Shown in pieces: positions 48,019 to 55,994 of a stretch of 64,000 bases of DNA. Both the position numbers and the translations under genes were made by a program. Numbering within the stretch: the stretch's first letter is position 1; the number at the start of each line of letters is the position of its first letter. Under the pieces are notes generated by a model. That model ran no database searches. It saw only the letters and a program-made list of their open reading frames with translations, and had not been told where the DNA came from. Where the stretch lies: the NCBI RefSeq assembly GCF_055900595.2, contig NZ_CM148325.1. One strand, written 5' to 3'.

Positions 48019-48723
48019 TTATCCGATATCGCTTCGGGAAGTTAATAACAACTTTAATTCTGACTCAAGTTCATCAACTCTTTCAGTCAGCTTCTGGATA
48101 TGGTGAATCAGTGGAACAACCAGACGTTCGTACATTACACCTTCGGCAACAAGGCCATTGCTGGAAATAGCTTCAGGAGCATCATCTTCGTTAGCTGGTC
48201 GCCAGTGTACAAACTGAGGGGCAATTTCTCCTACTTCCTCGGCAATCAATCCGTAGAACCCCCAGTCACGCCTGTCATTTTCGCATTGCGACCTGTACCA
48301 CACAGGGCGCATCCTGAAAATGACATCGGCGTGCTCTGAATCTATCGTCTCTACTGAATGTTTATAGCGGATAGACGATGTGGACCGCAGTACAGACGAA
48401 ATTGCAGGGTCAGGATTAAGATAAAGGTTTGCCGCCGCAGTAGTCGTGCCCAACCCCCATAAATAAAACGCTTCGCGGCCAGTCAGCGGGTAAAAATCAC
48501 CGCCATAACGACCGCTTTCCAGATCGTTCGCTTCCACTTTGTTTTTCAGCTTATTATCAACTTCAGTTTTTGTGTATCTGGTGCTGATATCCTGCTTTGC
48601 ACTGGTCATATCAATCTGAAGCGTTGATACTTTTCCGTTAATTGAGGAAATATCTTCCTTAGTTTTACTGACATCTCCCTTTAGCGTGGTGATATCTCCA
48701 GGAATTACTGTCGATGTAGCCAT
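48019..48723 (-). CDS. Putative tail-fibre segment with a C-terminal intramolecular-chaperone (peptidase S74-like) domain
   Basis: N-terminal repetitive coiled-coil-like region (TLKGDVSKTKEDISSINGKVSTLQIDMTSAKQDIS) followed by GFYGLIAEEVGEIAPQFV, typical of the self-cleaving chaperone domain of tail fibres and spikes; recognition from memory. Confidence 0.5.
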   Translation of the reverse strand: MATSTVIPGDITTLKGDVSKTKEDISSINGKVSTLQIDMTSAKQDISTRYTKTEVDNKLKNKVEANDLESGRYGGDFYPLTGREAFYLWGLGTTTAAANLYLNPDPAISSVLRSTSSIRYKHSVETIDSEHADVIFRMRPVWYRSQCENDRRDWGFYGLIAEEVGEIAPQFVHWRPANEDDAPEAISSNGLVAEGVMYERLVVPLIHHIQKLTERVDELESELKLLLTSRSDIG

Positions 48724-48732
48724 TTGTCTCCC

Positions 48733-49014
48733 TCACATCCAGCCACGAAGTTGATGCTCAACAACAACCGCGTATTCATCGAATATTGACGGTGTTTTCA
48801 CATCATTAATGATGCGCACGTTTACAAAATATCCGTCTTCCTTAACACATACCGGCTCGCCATCTTCAGTAATTTCCCCGGTTTCTTTGTACACGTTACC
48901 TATCACATCAATGAGAACATTGTTCTGCATCACCTCGTCATCGTCATAACCAATGCTATCCATAAAGGCCGAAAAGTCGGCCTTGTCTGTGAATTTGATA
49001 ATTAAGTCTCGCAT
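48733..49014 (-). CDS. Hypothetical acidic protein (prophage tail region)
   Basis: 93-aa ORF between the two tail-fibre-like genes; no family recognised. Confidence 0.4.
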   Translation of the reverse strand: MRDLIIKFTDKADFSAFMDSIGYDDDEVMQNNVLIDVIGNVYKETGEITEDGEPVCVKEDGYFVNVRIINDVKTPSIFDEYAVVVEHQLRGWM

Positions 49015-50024
49015 TATATTACCTCTCCCATTTGTGCATCGGTTAATTCTTTATGCCATATACGAAAATTACGAATGTGACCGAAAAGATGACGTAGACC
49101 GCTATTAGTCTGTCCCCCAATCCTGAAGAAATAACCAGATTTAACACCGACATGATCCGTGGTTTTAGGAGTCCCATGCTGGGCATTGCTAACGAAATGC
49201 ACATTACCAGATTCATTTAAAACAAATCCAAGAACAGATTTTTGTTCAAATAATACTGGCGATACGGCGGCTACTGTACTACCGTTTTTATTGTGCATCG
49301 TAACACCAGGAAATAATGTTGAACTAATAGCAACACTTATATATTGACCCGGAGTTGTGCTCCCACCACTGGTATCAAAAATTCGTGGTGCTGCATTTGG
49401 CGTTTCGTTCCAGTTTGTATGAACTTCAGCTAGAAATGTTAAAGGTGGTGTACCGATATTGTTATTTGTTGGTATATTCACCATATCACTGGCTCTTGTG
49501 ACTGGCGTTGCCTCAGTAATAATAAACGAAGAAGCGCACGAACCGCCTTCGACCTGAGGAGTTGCAACATAAATATAATCATCTGCACCAGTGCTTCCCC
49601 CTTTTGGTGGTGCATATTGCACCATCGCACCGATCATATTTTCTGTATCAAGTGCCTTAATTGTTGCCTCAAAGAAAATCCATTTGCTTGCTTCATTTTT
49701 AACAGCCCTTGCAGTAATACGACTTGCAGCGCCGCCAGTTTTATCAATCGATAAATCTGTCATATTTAAGTAAGCATCACCCAGGAATTTGTAGGTAGAT
49801 CCATCATATTCTTCAAATCGTAATCGACATCTTAAATTTGGAGTCCCACTTTGTACCCTGCATGAGATAGTTACATACTTTTCATCGCCGGTAACATCAT
49901 ATCCTTTGCTTCCAGATACTGTGACAATAGAAATGGCTGAGGTTTGCCCCACCATTTCTGGTTTTAATGTGAATTTTGCGTACTGGAAACCAAAATCATC
50001 TACACCTGATGTATTTAAAATCAT
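49014..50024 (-). pseudogene. Putative phage tail-fibre / receptor-binding protein, probably 5'-truncated by IS1
   Basis: ORF 49014-50048; its first Met codon lies inside the IS1 terminal inverted repeat and the next in-frame ATG (50024) has no ribosome-binding site; C-terminus ...GYFFRIGGQTNSGLRHLFGHIRNFRIWHKELTDAQMGEVI resembles lectin-like tail-protein domains. Confidence 0.45.
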
Positions 50025-50049
50025 ATTTGATGACGGTAATGACTCCAAC

Positions 50050-50553
50050 TTATTGATAGTGTTTTATGTTCAGATAATGCCCGATGACTTTGTCATGCAG
50101 CTCCACCGATTTTGAGAACGACAGCGACTTCCGTCCCAGCCGTGCCAGGTGCTGCCTCAGATTCAGGTTATGCCGCTCAATTCGCTGCGTATATCGCTTG
50201 CTGATTACGTGCAGCTTTCCCTTCAGGCGGGATTCATACAGCGGCCAGCCATCCGTCATCCATATCACCACGTCAAAGGGTGACAGCAGGCTCATAAGAC
50301 GCCCCAGCGTCGCCATAGTGCGTTCACCGAATACGTGCGCAACAACCGTCTTCCGGAGCCTGTCATACGCGTAAAACAGCCAGCGCTGGCGCGATTTAGC
50401 CCCGACATAGCCCCACTGTTCGTCCATTTCCGCACAGACGATGACGTCACTGCCCGGCTGTATGCGCGAGGTTACCGACTGCGGCCTGAGTTTTTTAAGT
50501 GACGTAAAATCGTGTTGAGGCCAACGCCCATAATGCGGGCAGTTGCCCGGCAT
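50050..50553 (-). CDS. insB: IS1 InsB reading frame (expressed as an InsAB' fusion by -1 frameshift)
   Basis: 167-aa ORF ...[33 protein letters not shown]...; overlaps insA. Confidence 0.85.
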
Positions 50554-50747
50554 CCAACGCCATTCATGGCCATATCAATGATTTTCTGGTGCGTACCGGG
50601 TTGAGAAGCGGTGTAAGTGAACTGCAGTTGCCATGTTTTACGGCAGTGAGAGCAGAGATAGCGCTGATGTCCGGCGGTGCTTTTGCCGTTACGCACCACC
50701 CCGTCAGTAGCTGAACAGGAGGGACAGCTGATAGAAACAGAAGCCAC
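50472..50747 (-). CDS. insA: IS1 InsA protein
   Basis: 91-aa [43 protein letters not shown]... Confidence 0.85.
50488..50499 (-). promoter_or_regulatory. IS1 programmed -1 ribosomal frameshift site (A6C run)
   Basis: Minus strand reads CTTAAAAAACTC in the insA / insB overlap. Confidence 0.5.
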
Positions 50748-50801
50748 TGGAGCACCTCAAAAACACCATCATACACTAAATCAGTAAGTTGGCAGCATCA
50801 C

Positions 50802-51430
50802 CCATTACCGCCCATAATGATGATATTAGTGACGCCCTCACTAAATTCTGCGTAGCTCTCAATATCATCATTTGGATCAAAAGTTTCTTTATCCTTACCT
50901 GACCACTCAGCACCGCCAGACTGAGTGATGATATTTTGTGGTTTAATATTCCAGTCCAGCTCATAACGTTCAATACCATCGCCCTCAATGATATTTTTCC
51001 CCGTTGTGATTGCCTGAACGGCAAGCCATTCAATACGTGCACGAATAGCTTTAGCCTGATTTACAATCGCCTGTTTAACTTTAATATTACGCGCTCCAAA
51101 AGCATTGTATTGCTCAGGTGATACACCAGCAGGGCGCACAGCTAACTTATTTGGATCAATGCTGCTTTTCGGCTTCATATAGCCTGGACGAATTGTTTTT
51201 GATTCGAACCCTTCGTCACGTGAAACTTTACTACCCACCATAGGAGAACAAAACGCTGCAATTGGGATATTTGGATCGTCGATTGTATCAAGAATAATAT
51301 CGCGCGATTCAAACATTACCGAGCGAGTAAAAAACAAACTGGTAAACAACGCATTTAGTTGTTTTTGTACATCTACAGCATTAACCACCTGTACAAGCTG
51401 AGTAGGCGAATATAAATCAACCATACGCAT
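50802..51430 (-). pseudogene. Divergent lambda-E-like major capsid protein gene, 3'-truncated by IS1
   Basis: ATG at 51430 gives MRMVDLYSPTQLV... (compare lambda E MSMYTTAQLLA); continues ...NIITQSGGAEWSGKDKETFDPNDDIESYAEFSEGVTNIII (compare lambda E NNITQSGGTEWSKRDKSTYDPTDDIEAYALNASGVVNIIV), then runs into the IS1 end after about 206 codons. Confidence 0.6.
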
Positions 51431-51640
51431 CCTCTTTGCATTCATTAAAAATAATTGTGGATATATGCTATCACCGATATTTGTCATGCGAACACATGCA
51501 ACCGAGTGCAATGTTGTATAAAGTTTTGGGGTGACAACTTCAGTGCGGACAATTAGTGTTAATATCTTCACTCCCTTTGGTCGGGATTTATGTAGCATGC
51601 CGGAAAATTTATTTTTTCTGGCTTTTTTTATTGGCAATAT

Positions 51641-52090
51641 TTAAAACGGGATATCATCTCCCCATTGCTCATTATCTCCCACTGGTGGCTGGCTTCCTTG
51701 CTGATCTGCCTGTTGTTTTGCTCTGTTCAGTGCGTCAGTAGCCTGCCCCTGTTGGCCTTTATTGCCGCCCGGTCGCACCGATCGCGCACTGATTACGCTG
51801 TCTGCGATAACCTGCCAGCCCTGCCGCGTTTCGCCGTTCTGTCCAGTCCACTGGCTCATCTGCATGTTACCCGCCACGCTCAGGAGTTCGCCTTTGTGAT
51901 GCTTTGCCAGCGCGTCGGCTTGTCTGCCAAACGCCAGGACAGATAACCACATCGTCGCCTGACCGTCATCCGACTGACTGCAGGGCAGTGATACCGCCAT
52001 ACGCGCCAGCGTCATGGGGGTGCCCTTGCTGGTCTGTTTTGTCTGCGGGTCGTCCACCAACCGCCCGTAAACTGATATTTGCGCCGTCAT
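51641..52090 (-). CDS. ssb: Single-stranded DNA-binding protein
   Basis: 149-aa ORF with an OB-fold-like N-terminal region, a Gly/Gln-rich linker and the acidic SSB tail ending DDIPF. Confidence 0.75.
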   Translation of the reverse strand: MTAQISVYGRLVDDPQTKQTSKGTPMTLARMAVSLPCSQSDDGQATMWLSVLAFGRQADALAKHHKGELLSVAGNMQMSQWTGQNGETRQGWQVIADSVISARSVRPGGNKGQQGQATDALNRAKQQADQQGSQPPVGDNEQWGDDIPF

Positions 52091-52332
52091 GCTGCCTGCT
52101 CTCCGGACTTAATATTGATTGTTGTCACTTCCTCCGCTTCAGCAATCTCCCGTTCGGTCAGAGTGGCAAAGTTTGCAGCCGCCGTTGTCATGAATGCGCT
52201 AATCAGTTCGGGATGTGCTTTCGCGTATCCTTCCCCGGCGTTGCGGTCGATGATTTTTATCGACACCCTTAACCAGTGTTCCGTCAAATCAAGGGCGTGC
52301 GATTGTGATTTTTTTGTGTGCTTCGCTGTCAT
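52087..52332 (-). CDS. Hypothetical protein, translationally coupled to ssb
   Basis: 81-aa ORF whose stop overlaps the ssb start (ATGA); no family recognised. Confidence 0.45.
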   Translation of the reverse strand: MTAKHTKKSQSHALDLTEHWLRVSIKIIDRNAGEGYAKAHPELISAFMTTAAANFATLTEREIAEAEEVTTINIKSGEQAA

Positions 52333-52379
52333 AGGCTTTATCTCACAGCAGTAAATTAAAATTTTTGCGTTTTAACCCT

Positions 52380-52610
52380 TCACCTGTTCACCTTTTGATA
52401 TTTTCTCTTTTAATTCATAATGTTAATGGGTGAACAGTTTCACAAAAACTATTCACCAACTGTTCACCACTGTTCACCCTTGAAGCTCAATAAACAATCA
52501 AAAAGGTGAACAGTGAATAGTTTGGTGAACAGTTCATAAATAACTGTTCACCCTATAATATACTGATATAAAAGATATTTATGACAGGGTGAACAGTGGT
52601 GAACAGTTAT
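52380..52610. repeat. Iteron array (about ten copies of CTGTTCACC / GGTGAACAG in both orientations), putative satellite origin of replication
   Basis: Copies near 52385, 52429, 52451 (variant), 52461, 52471, 52505, 52524, 52545, 52588 and 52598, interspersed with AT-rich spacers; the octamer TGTTCACC is the P4 type I iteron as recalled; lies directly 3' of the primase gene. Confidence 0.65.
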
Positions 52611-52619
52611 TCCATAAGT

Positions 52620-54440
52620 TTAATTTTTGCTATCGTCATTAGTGACCGATACACATGATGGCATCCAGTCTTCTGATTCCTCCGTCAGTGTCACGTTTGA
52701 ACGCAAACCGTGCTTCGTTTTCCGTTTCATATACTCCCTGCCATATTCCGCCATTGCCCCCGGCATATCTTTACCGAAGCGCGTCAGTGTTACAGGTTTA
52801 CCAAACCCATGTGCCCTCATATAAGCCAGATAGGCATGATAGAGATACCTGCGTGGGCTAAATGGCACAATTTCAGCATTACCCACTAACAGGCCATCAC
52901 ACATTACCGATGCCATGAGATAGCCGCAGAAGTCCACCAGCGAATCCCCCTCTCGCTTTATCGCCAGTGCTTCTTCAGATTTCTGCTGCTCATATAACAG
53001 GCGTCTGGCTTCGTCCTGATCATCAAACCGTGTAAGCAGATGACGAATCACTACCGCCAGCTCACCTTCTATTTTTTCCGCCAGCATCGAATCGCGTTCG
53101 TTCTCCGGTACAACTTCCGAAAAATTGAATATCACCCGACGACGTGAGATCCCCCCGCTGCGGTCACTGAATGACATGGCGTTATTGTTAACCGCCAGCA
53201 CTACTGCCGGAATACGCGTTGAATAGGGGGCTTTGTGTTTCGGGTCAATTGCCACCTTGTCACCGCCTGTAATGGCCTTAATCCCTGCCCCATCACCAGC
53301 GTAGCGGGTCATATCCGGCATGATAATCAGCGAAAAGCCAACCACTAACGCACGTTCCCTTGCATCTTCCAGCGCCTTCATGCTTGCTGATACTGTATTA
53401 GCCTTACCCGCCAGCATGGTGCAAATCTCCGCCATCACACTTTTACCACTTCCCCCCGGCCCTGTTACCTCAATGAATAACTGCCAGTCGTACCGGTTCG
53501 CCAGCACCATGAATAATGCCGCCAGTACGCGATCTGCCTTGCGGTCATTCTCAGCCACCGAACGGCGCAACCACTTCCAGAAATTCGGCGCATGTGTTGC
53601 CAGCGTTTCCCCCTCTGCTGGTGGGCTGAAAGGTAATTCACTGGCAATTAACAACCAGTCGTTTTTGTTATGCTCCCGAAAATTACCTGTTCTGGTATCA
53701 AATACCCCGTTACTGAATCCAATCAGGTTACGGGCTGTATTCCCCATTACAGGCAAACTTAACTTCATGGTATCTACCGCCGATTTAATGGCGTTCTGCG
53801 AATAGCTGATCTCCACATCAATGAAAATCTGCGCCATAGCACGCTGTAACTCTTTATCCTGAACCGGCTCCCATACAACGCCGTTGTAATGATGAACGGT
53901 GTCAGAGTCGGCATTGATTGCCAGTTCGCCGCCGTAATGTGCCAGGAGAACTTCACCGCGCTGGCTGGCCCCCATCTGATTCAACGCCAAAGATGAAGCA
54001 CGCTCGTCATTTTTGCGCTCTGCCTTCTTCACTGGCAGTTCAATCACCAGACTTTCCCCATGCTCCGCTTCAGCTTTTAGGCCGACAAGGCGCGGAGTCC
54101 AGTCTTCAGGCTCTCGATCAACAAAGCTACGGTAACAACGTGCTTCCTTTACGCCTGCAATAGCAAGTAATGTCGCAACCTTCGTCAGATTTTTCTCTGC
54201 GATCTTTCCGGCACGATAAACACGCACATAATGACGGCCTTCATCGATAATTTGCATATCATCCAGGTTTTCCAGTTGTTCCGTACCCAGAATTACTGGT
54301 GGTGTATCATCTGCTGCAATATGCTTACCCGCCCATTCATTCCATTCTTTTGCATGGCTCCAGGCATCACTGCCAGCAAAAATGATGACTTCTGTCATTT
54401 TGTCGCGCGGTTGGTATTTTAAGTTCGGAGCACGTTTCAT
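52620..54440 (-). CDS. Primase/helicase-type replication initiator (P4 alpha / D5-like, P-loop NTPase)
   Basis: 606-aa ORF; Walker A GPGGSGKS in the C-terminal half; iterons immediately downstream. Confidence 0.8.
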   Translation of the reverse strand: MKRAPNLKYQPRDKMTEVIIFAGSDAWSHAKEWNEWAGKHIAADDTPPVILGTEQLENLDDMQIIDEGRHYVRVYRAGKIAEKNLTKVATLLAIAGVKEARCYRSFVDREPEDWTPRLVGLKAEAEHGESLVIELPVKKAERKNDERASSLALNQMGASQRGEVLLAHYGGELAINADSDTVHHYNGVVWEPVQDKELQRAMAQIFIDVEISYSQNAIKSAVDTMKLSLPVMGNTARNLIGFSNGVFDTRTGNFREHNKNDWLLIASELPFSPPAEGETLATHAPNFWKWLRRSVAENDRKADRVLAALFMVLANRYDWQLFIEVTGPGGSGKSVMAEICTMLAGKANTVSASMKALEDARERALVVGFSLIIMPDMTRYAGDGAGIKAITGGDKVAIDPKHKAPYSTRIPAVVLAVNNNAMSFSDRSGGISRRRVIFNFSEVVPENERDSMLAEKIEGELAVVIRHLLTRFDDQDEARRLLYEQQKSEEALAIKREGDSLVDFCGYLMASVMCDGLLVGNAEIVPFSPRRYLYHAYLAYMRAHGFGKPVTLTRFGKDMPGAMAEYGREYMKRKTKHGLRSNVTLTEESEDWMPSCVSVTNDDSKN

Positions 54441-54724
54441 TTGTTACCTCCGGCAACTAACATTGCCCGAATTTTGCGGATATAGCCTGCGGCACGCCTC
54501 TGATTATCTGTCTTGCAATTTTTTACCAGAATGAAATCTCTTTCGAACTGCTGACGCGGCATAACACATTCAAAATCATAACCATCACGCAAATAAGAGA
54601 CACGACGATCATCAACCGAAATAATCTTTACCCGATAGCCATAGCTGTCTTTGAAAATATCCCCAAGGCTGATTTTTGAATGAGTTTGACCGCTGGCAAT
54701 AAAGCCAGAAAATTTATTTTTCAT
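54437..54724 (-). CDS. Hypothetical small basic protein, translationally coupled to the primase
   Basis: 95-aa ORF with a GGAG ribosome-binding site 8 nt upstream of the ATG; stop overlaps the primase ATG (ATGA). Confidence 0.45.
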   Translation of the reverse strand: MKNKFSGFIASGQTHSKISLGDIFKDSYGYRVKIISVDDRRVSYLRDGYDFECVMPRQQFERDFILVKNCKTDNQRRAAGYIRKIRAMLVAGGNK

Positions 54725-54727
54725 TTT

Positions 54728-54952
54728 TTATTCTCCGGTATAGCTCTGGTCGTGTATTTTTATAGCTTCATCCAGCTCTTTGATGACAGGATCAAGTAAC
54801 GTAATTAACGCTCCAGCTAAATTAGCATCCCGTTCATCGTGTTCCGCATTTGTTGTCCCATCAAGCCAGGTTGATAAGATTTCTCGCATATTTTTGCCAC
54901 AAACGAGCGCGTTTTCAGCATGTGTCAGCACTTTAAAATAAAGATCATTCAT
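54728..54952 (-). CDS. Hypothetical small acidic protein
   Basis: 74-aa ORF in the same operon-like array upstream of the primase. Confidence 0.4.
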   Translation of the reverse strand: MNDLYFKVLTHAENALVCGKNMREILSTWLDGTTNAEHDERDANLAGALITLLDPVIKELDEAIKIHDQSYTGE

Positions 54953-55148
54953 GGCACACCTCCTGACGAATACGGGCGGCGAATATCATCACGTAGCCAG
55001 TTGGGGATTGCAGCCGGGCTTCCTGTTCGCTGGCGGCCTCGATGGTAATCACGCGCGGTTGTGCCGTACTCAGGGCGATAAAACGCCAGATGTATTTATT
55101 CAGGTTGTGCGGGTCCCGCCCTTGCGGGTGTGTGGTATGATTTCTCAT
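54945..55148 (-). CDS. Hypothetical small protein (first gene of the leftward replication operon)
   Basis: ATG at 55148 with a GAGG ribosome-binding site 7 nt upstream gives MRNHTTHPQGRDPHNLNKYIWRFIAL...; the longer ORF to 55259 is probably an extension. Confidence 0.4.
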   Translation of the reverse strand: MRNHTTHPQGRDPHNLNKYIWRFIALSTAQPRVITIEAASEQEARLQSPTGYVMIFAARIRQEVCHE

Positions 55149-55287
55149 AGCTACCTCGATACTGTTGCTATCGTTGGTGGTTAGAAGCCCGTTGGTGTTC
55201 CTAGCACCTTCGGGCTTTGCTTTTTTAAGTGCCTCCGTGTTAAGGTGGTCACCTAACAATGAAAAGGCTAATTCAATAGGTGGTCAC

Positions 55288-55479
55288 TTGTCAACGATCA
55301 AACGCGATAAAAGTCCTAAGGGTGATGGGCAATCTCCACAATTCAGAATGCGAATTTCTCCAGAGCTAAAAGAGCAATTCGACAAAGAAGCGCAGAGCGA
55401 CGGCATAAGCCTAGCCAACTGGCTTAAAGAATTAGGGCGCAAAGAGCTGCTACGGCGCGGTATTGAACCAAAAGGATAA
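55288..55479 (+). CDS. Putative ribbon-helix-helix (Arc/MetJ-like) DNA-binding protein
   Basis: TTG at 55288 preceded by AGGTGG; product ...FRMRISPELKEQFDKEAQSDGISLANWLKELGRKEL has the beta-strand then two-helix pattern of Arc-type repressors; an alternative ATG start at 55348 is possible. Confidence 0.5.
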   Translation: MSTIKRDKSPKGDGQSPQFRMRISPELKEQFDKEAQSDGISLANWLKELGRKELLRRGIEPKG

Positions 55480-55506
55480 GAATAATTGAAGTCAAGGAGC
55501 TAACAC

Positions 55507-55863
55507 ATGAAATACGAATTCTTCGCAACAAGTAGCAGTAGTTTGGATGTATACATAGTCACTGTATCAAACGATTCTGGCTCTCTAATCATGACTTGTA
55601 ATTGTCCAGCAGGAAGTAAAGGTATTCTATGTAGACACCGTAAAGCTTTAATTACCGGAAAAATCCGCGGTATATTCACTCCCCCAAGAAGGAATAATCC
55701 CGAAAAATTACAAGAAGCTATAAATTTAATAGCCACATATGGCATAGATAAAACATTAAAGTTGTACACTGATGAGTTAGAACGAGCAGAACAGACTTGG
55801 ATAAGTGTTCGCGATAATTTGAGAGCAATGATAAACGCTCTTGTTGAACCACCTAAATATTGA
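55507..55863 (+). CDS. Small SWIM-type zinc-finger protein
   Basis: 118-aa ORF with an AAGGAG ribosome-binding site; CNCPAGSKGILCRH fits the SWIM CxCx(n)CxH motif. Confidence 0.55.
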   Translation: MKYEFFATSSSSLDVYIVTVSNDSGSLIMTCNCPAGSKGILCRHRKALITGKIRGIFTPPRRNNPEKLQEAINLIATYGIDKTLKLYTDELERAEQTWISVRDNLRAMINALVEPPKY

Positions 55864-55929
55864 ACTGTTCACATTGCCTATCAGGCGATAACCTCGTATT
55901 CTGATTAAGGCTAACTATATACTCACATT

Positions 55930-55955
55930 GGCGACCAATTCTGGTCGCCTTTATC
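55930..55955 (+). terminator. Rho-independent terminator after the SWIM gene
   Basis: GGCGACCA-ATTC-TGGTCGCC hairpin followed by TTTATC. Confidence 0.5.
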
Positions 55956-55994
55956 TACCATTTTTATAATATCATAGATTAAGAGTGTTAATCC

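Larger units (their letters stand above)
50035..50801. mobile_element. IS1 insertion sequence
   Basis: Terminal inverted repeats GGTAATGACTCCAACTTATTGAT (50035...) and GGTGATGCTGCCAACTTACTGAT (complement, ending 50801); contains insA and insB; no 8-9 bp target-site duplication in the flanks. Confidence 0.9.

Noticed and set aside
47614-48170. Plus-strand ORFs of 104 and 181 aa
   Set aside because: They overlap the minus-strand membrane-protein and tail-fibre genes and have Pro/His/Ser-rich low-complexity translations.
49014-50048. Tail-fibre-like ORF starting at 50048
   Set aside because: That start codon lies inside the IS1 terminal inverted repeat, so it is created by the insertion and not native.
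50798-51637. Full 279-aa ORF as the capsid-like gene
   Set aside because: The first 69 codons have no similarity to capsid proteins; similarity to the lambda E N-terminus begins at the internal ATG at 51430.
52380-52610. Possible CRISPR array
   Set aside because: Repeat unit is only 8-9 bp, occurs in both orientations with irregular spacing, and has no spacers of uniform length or cas genes nearby; it fits replication-origin iterons.
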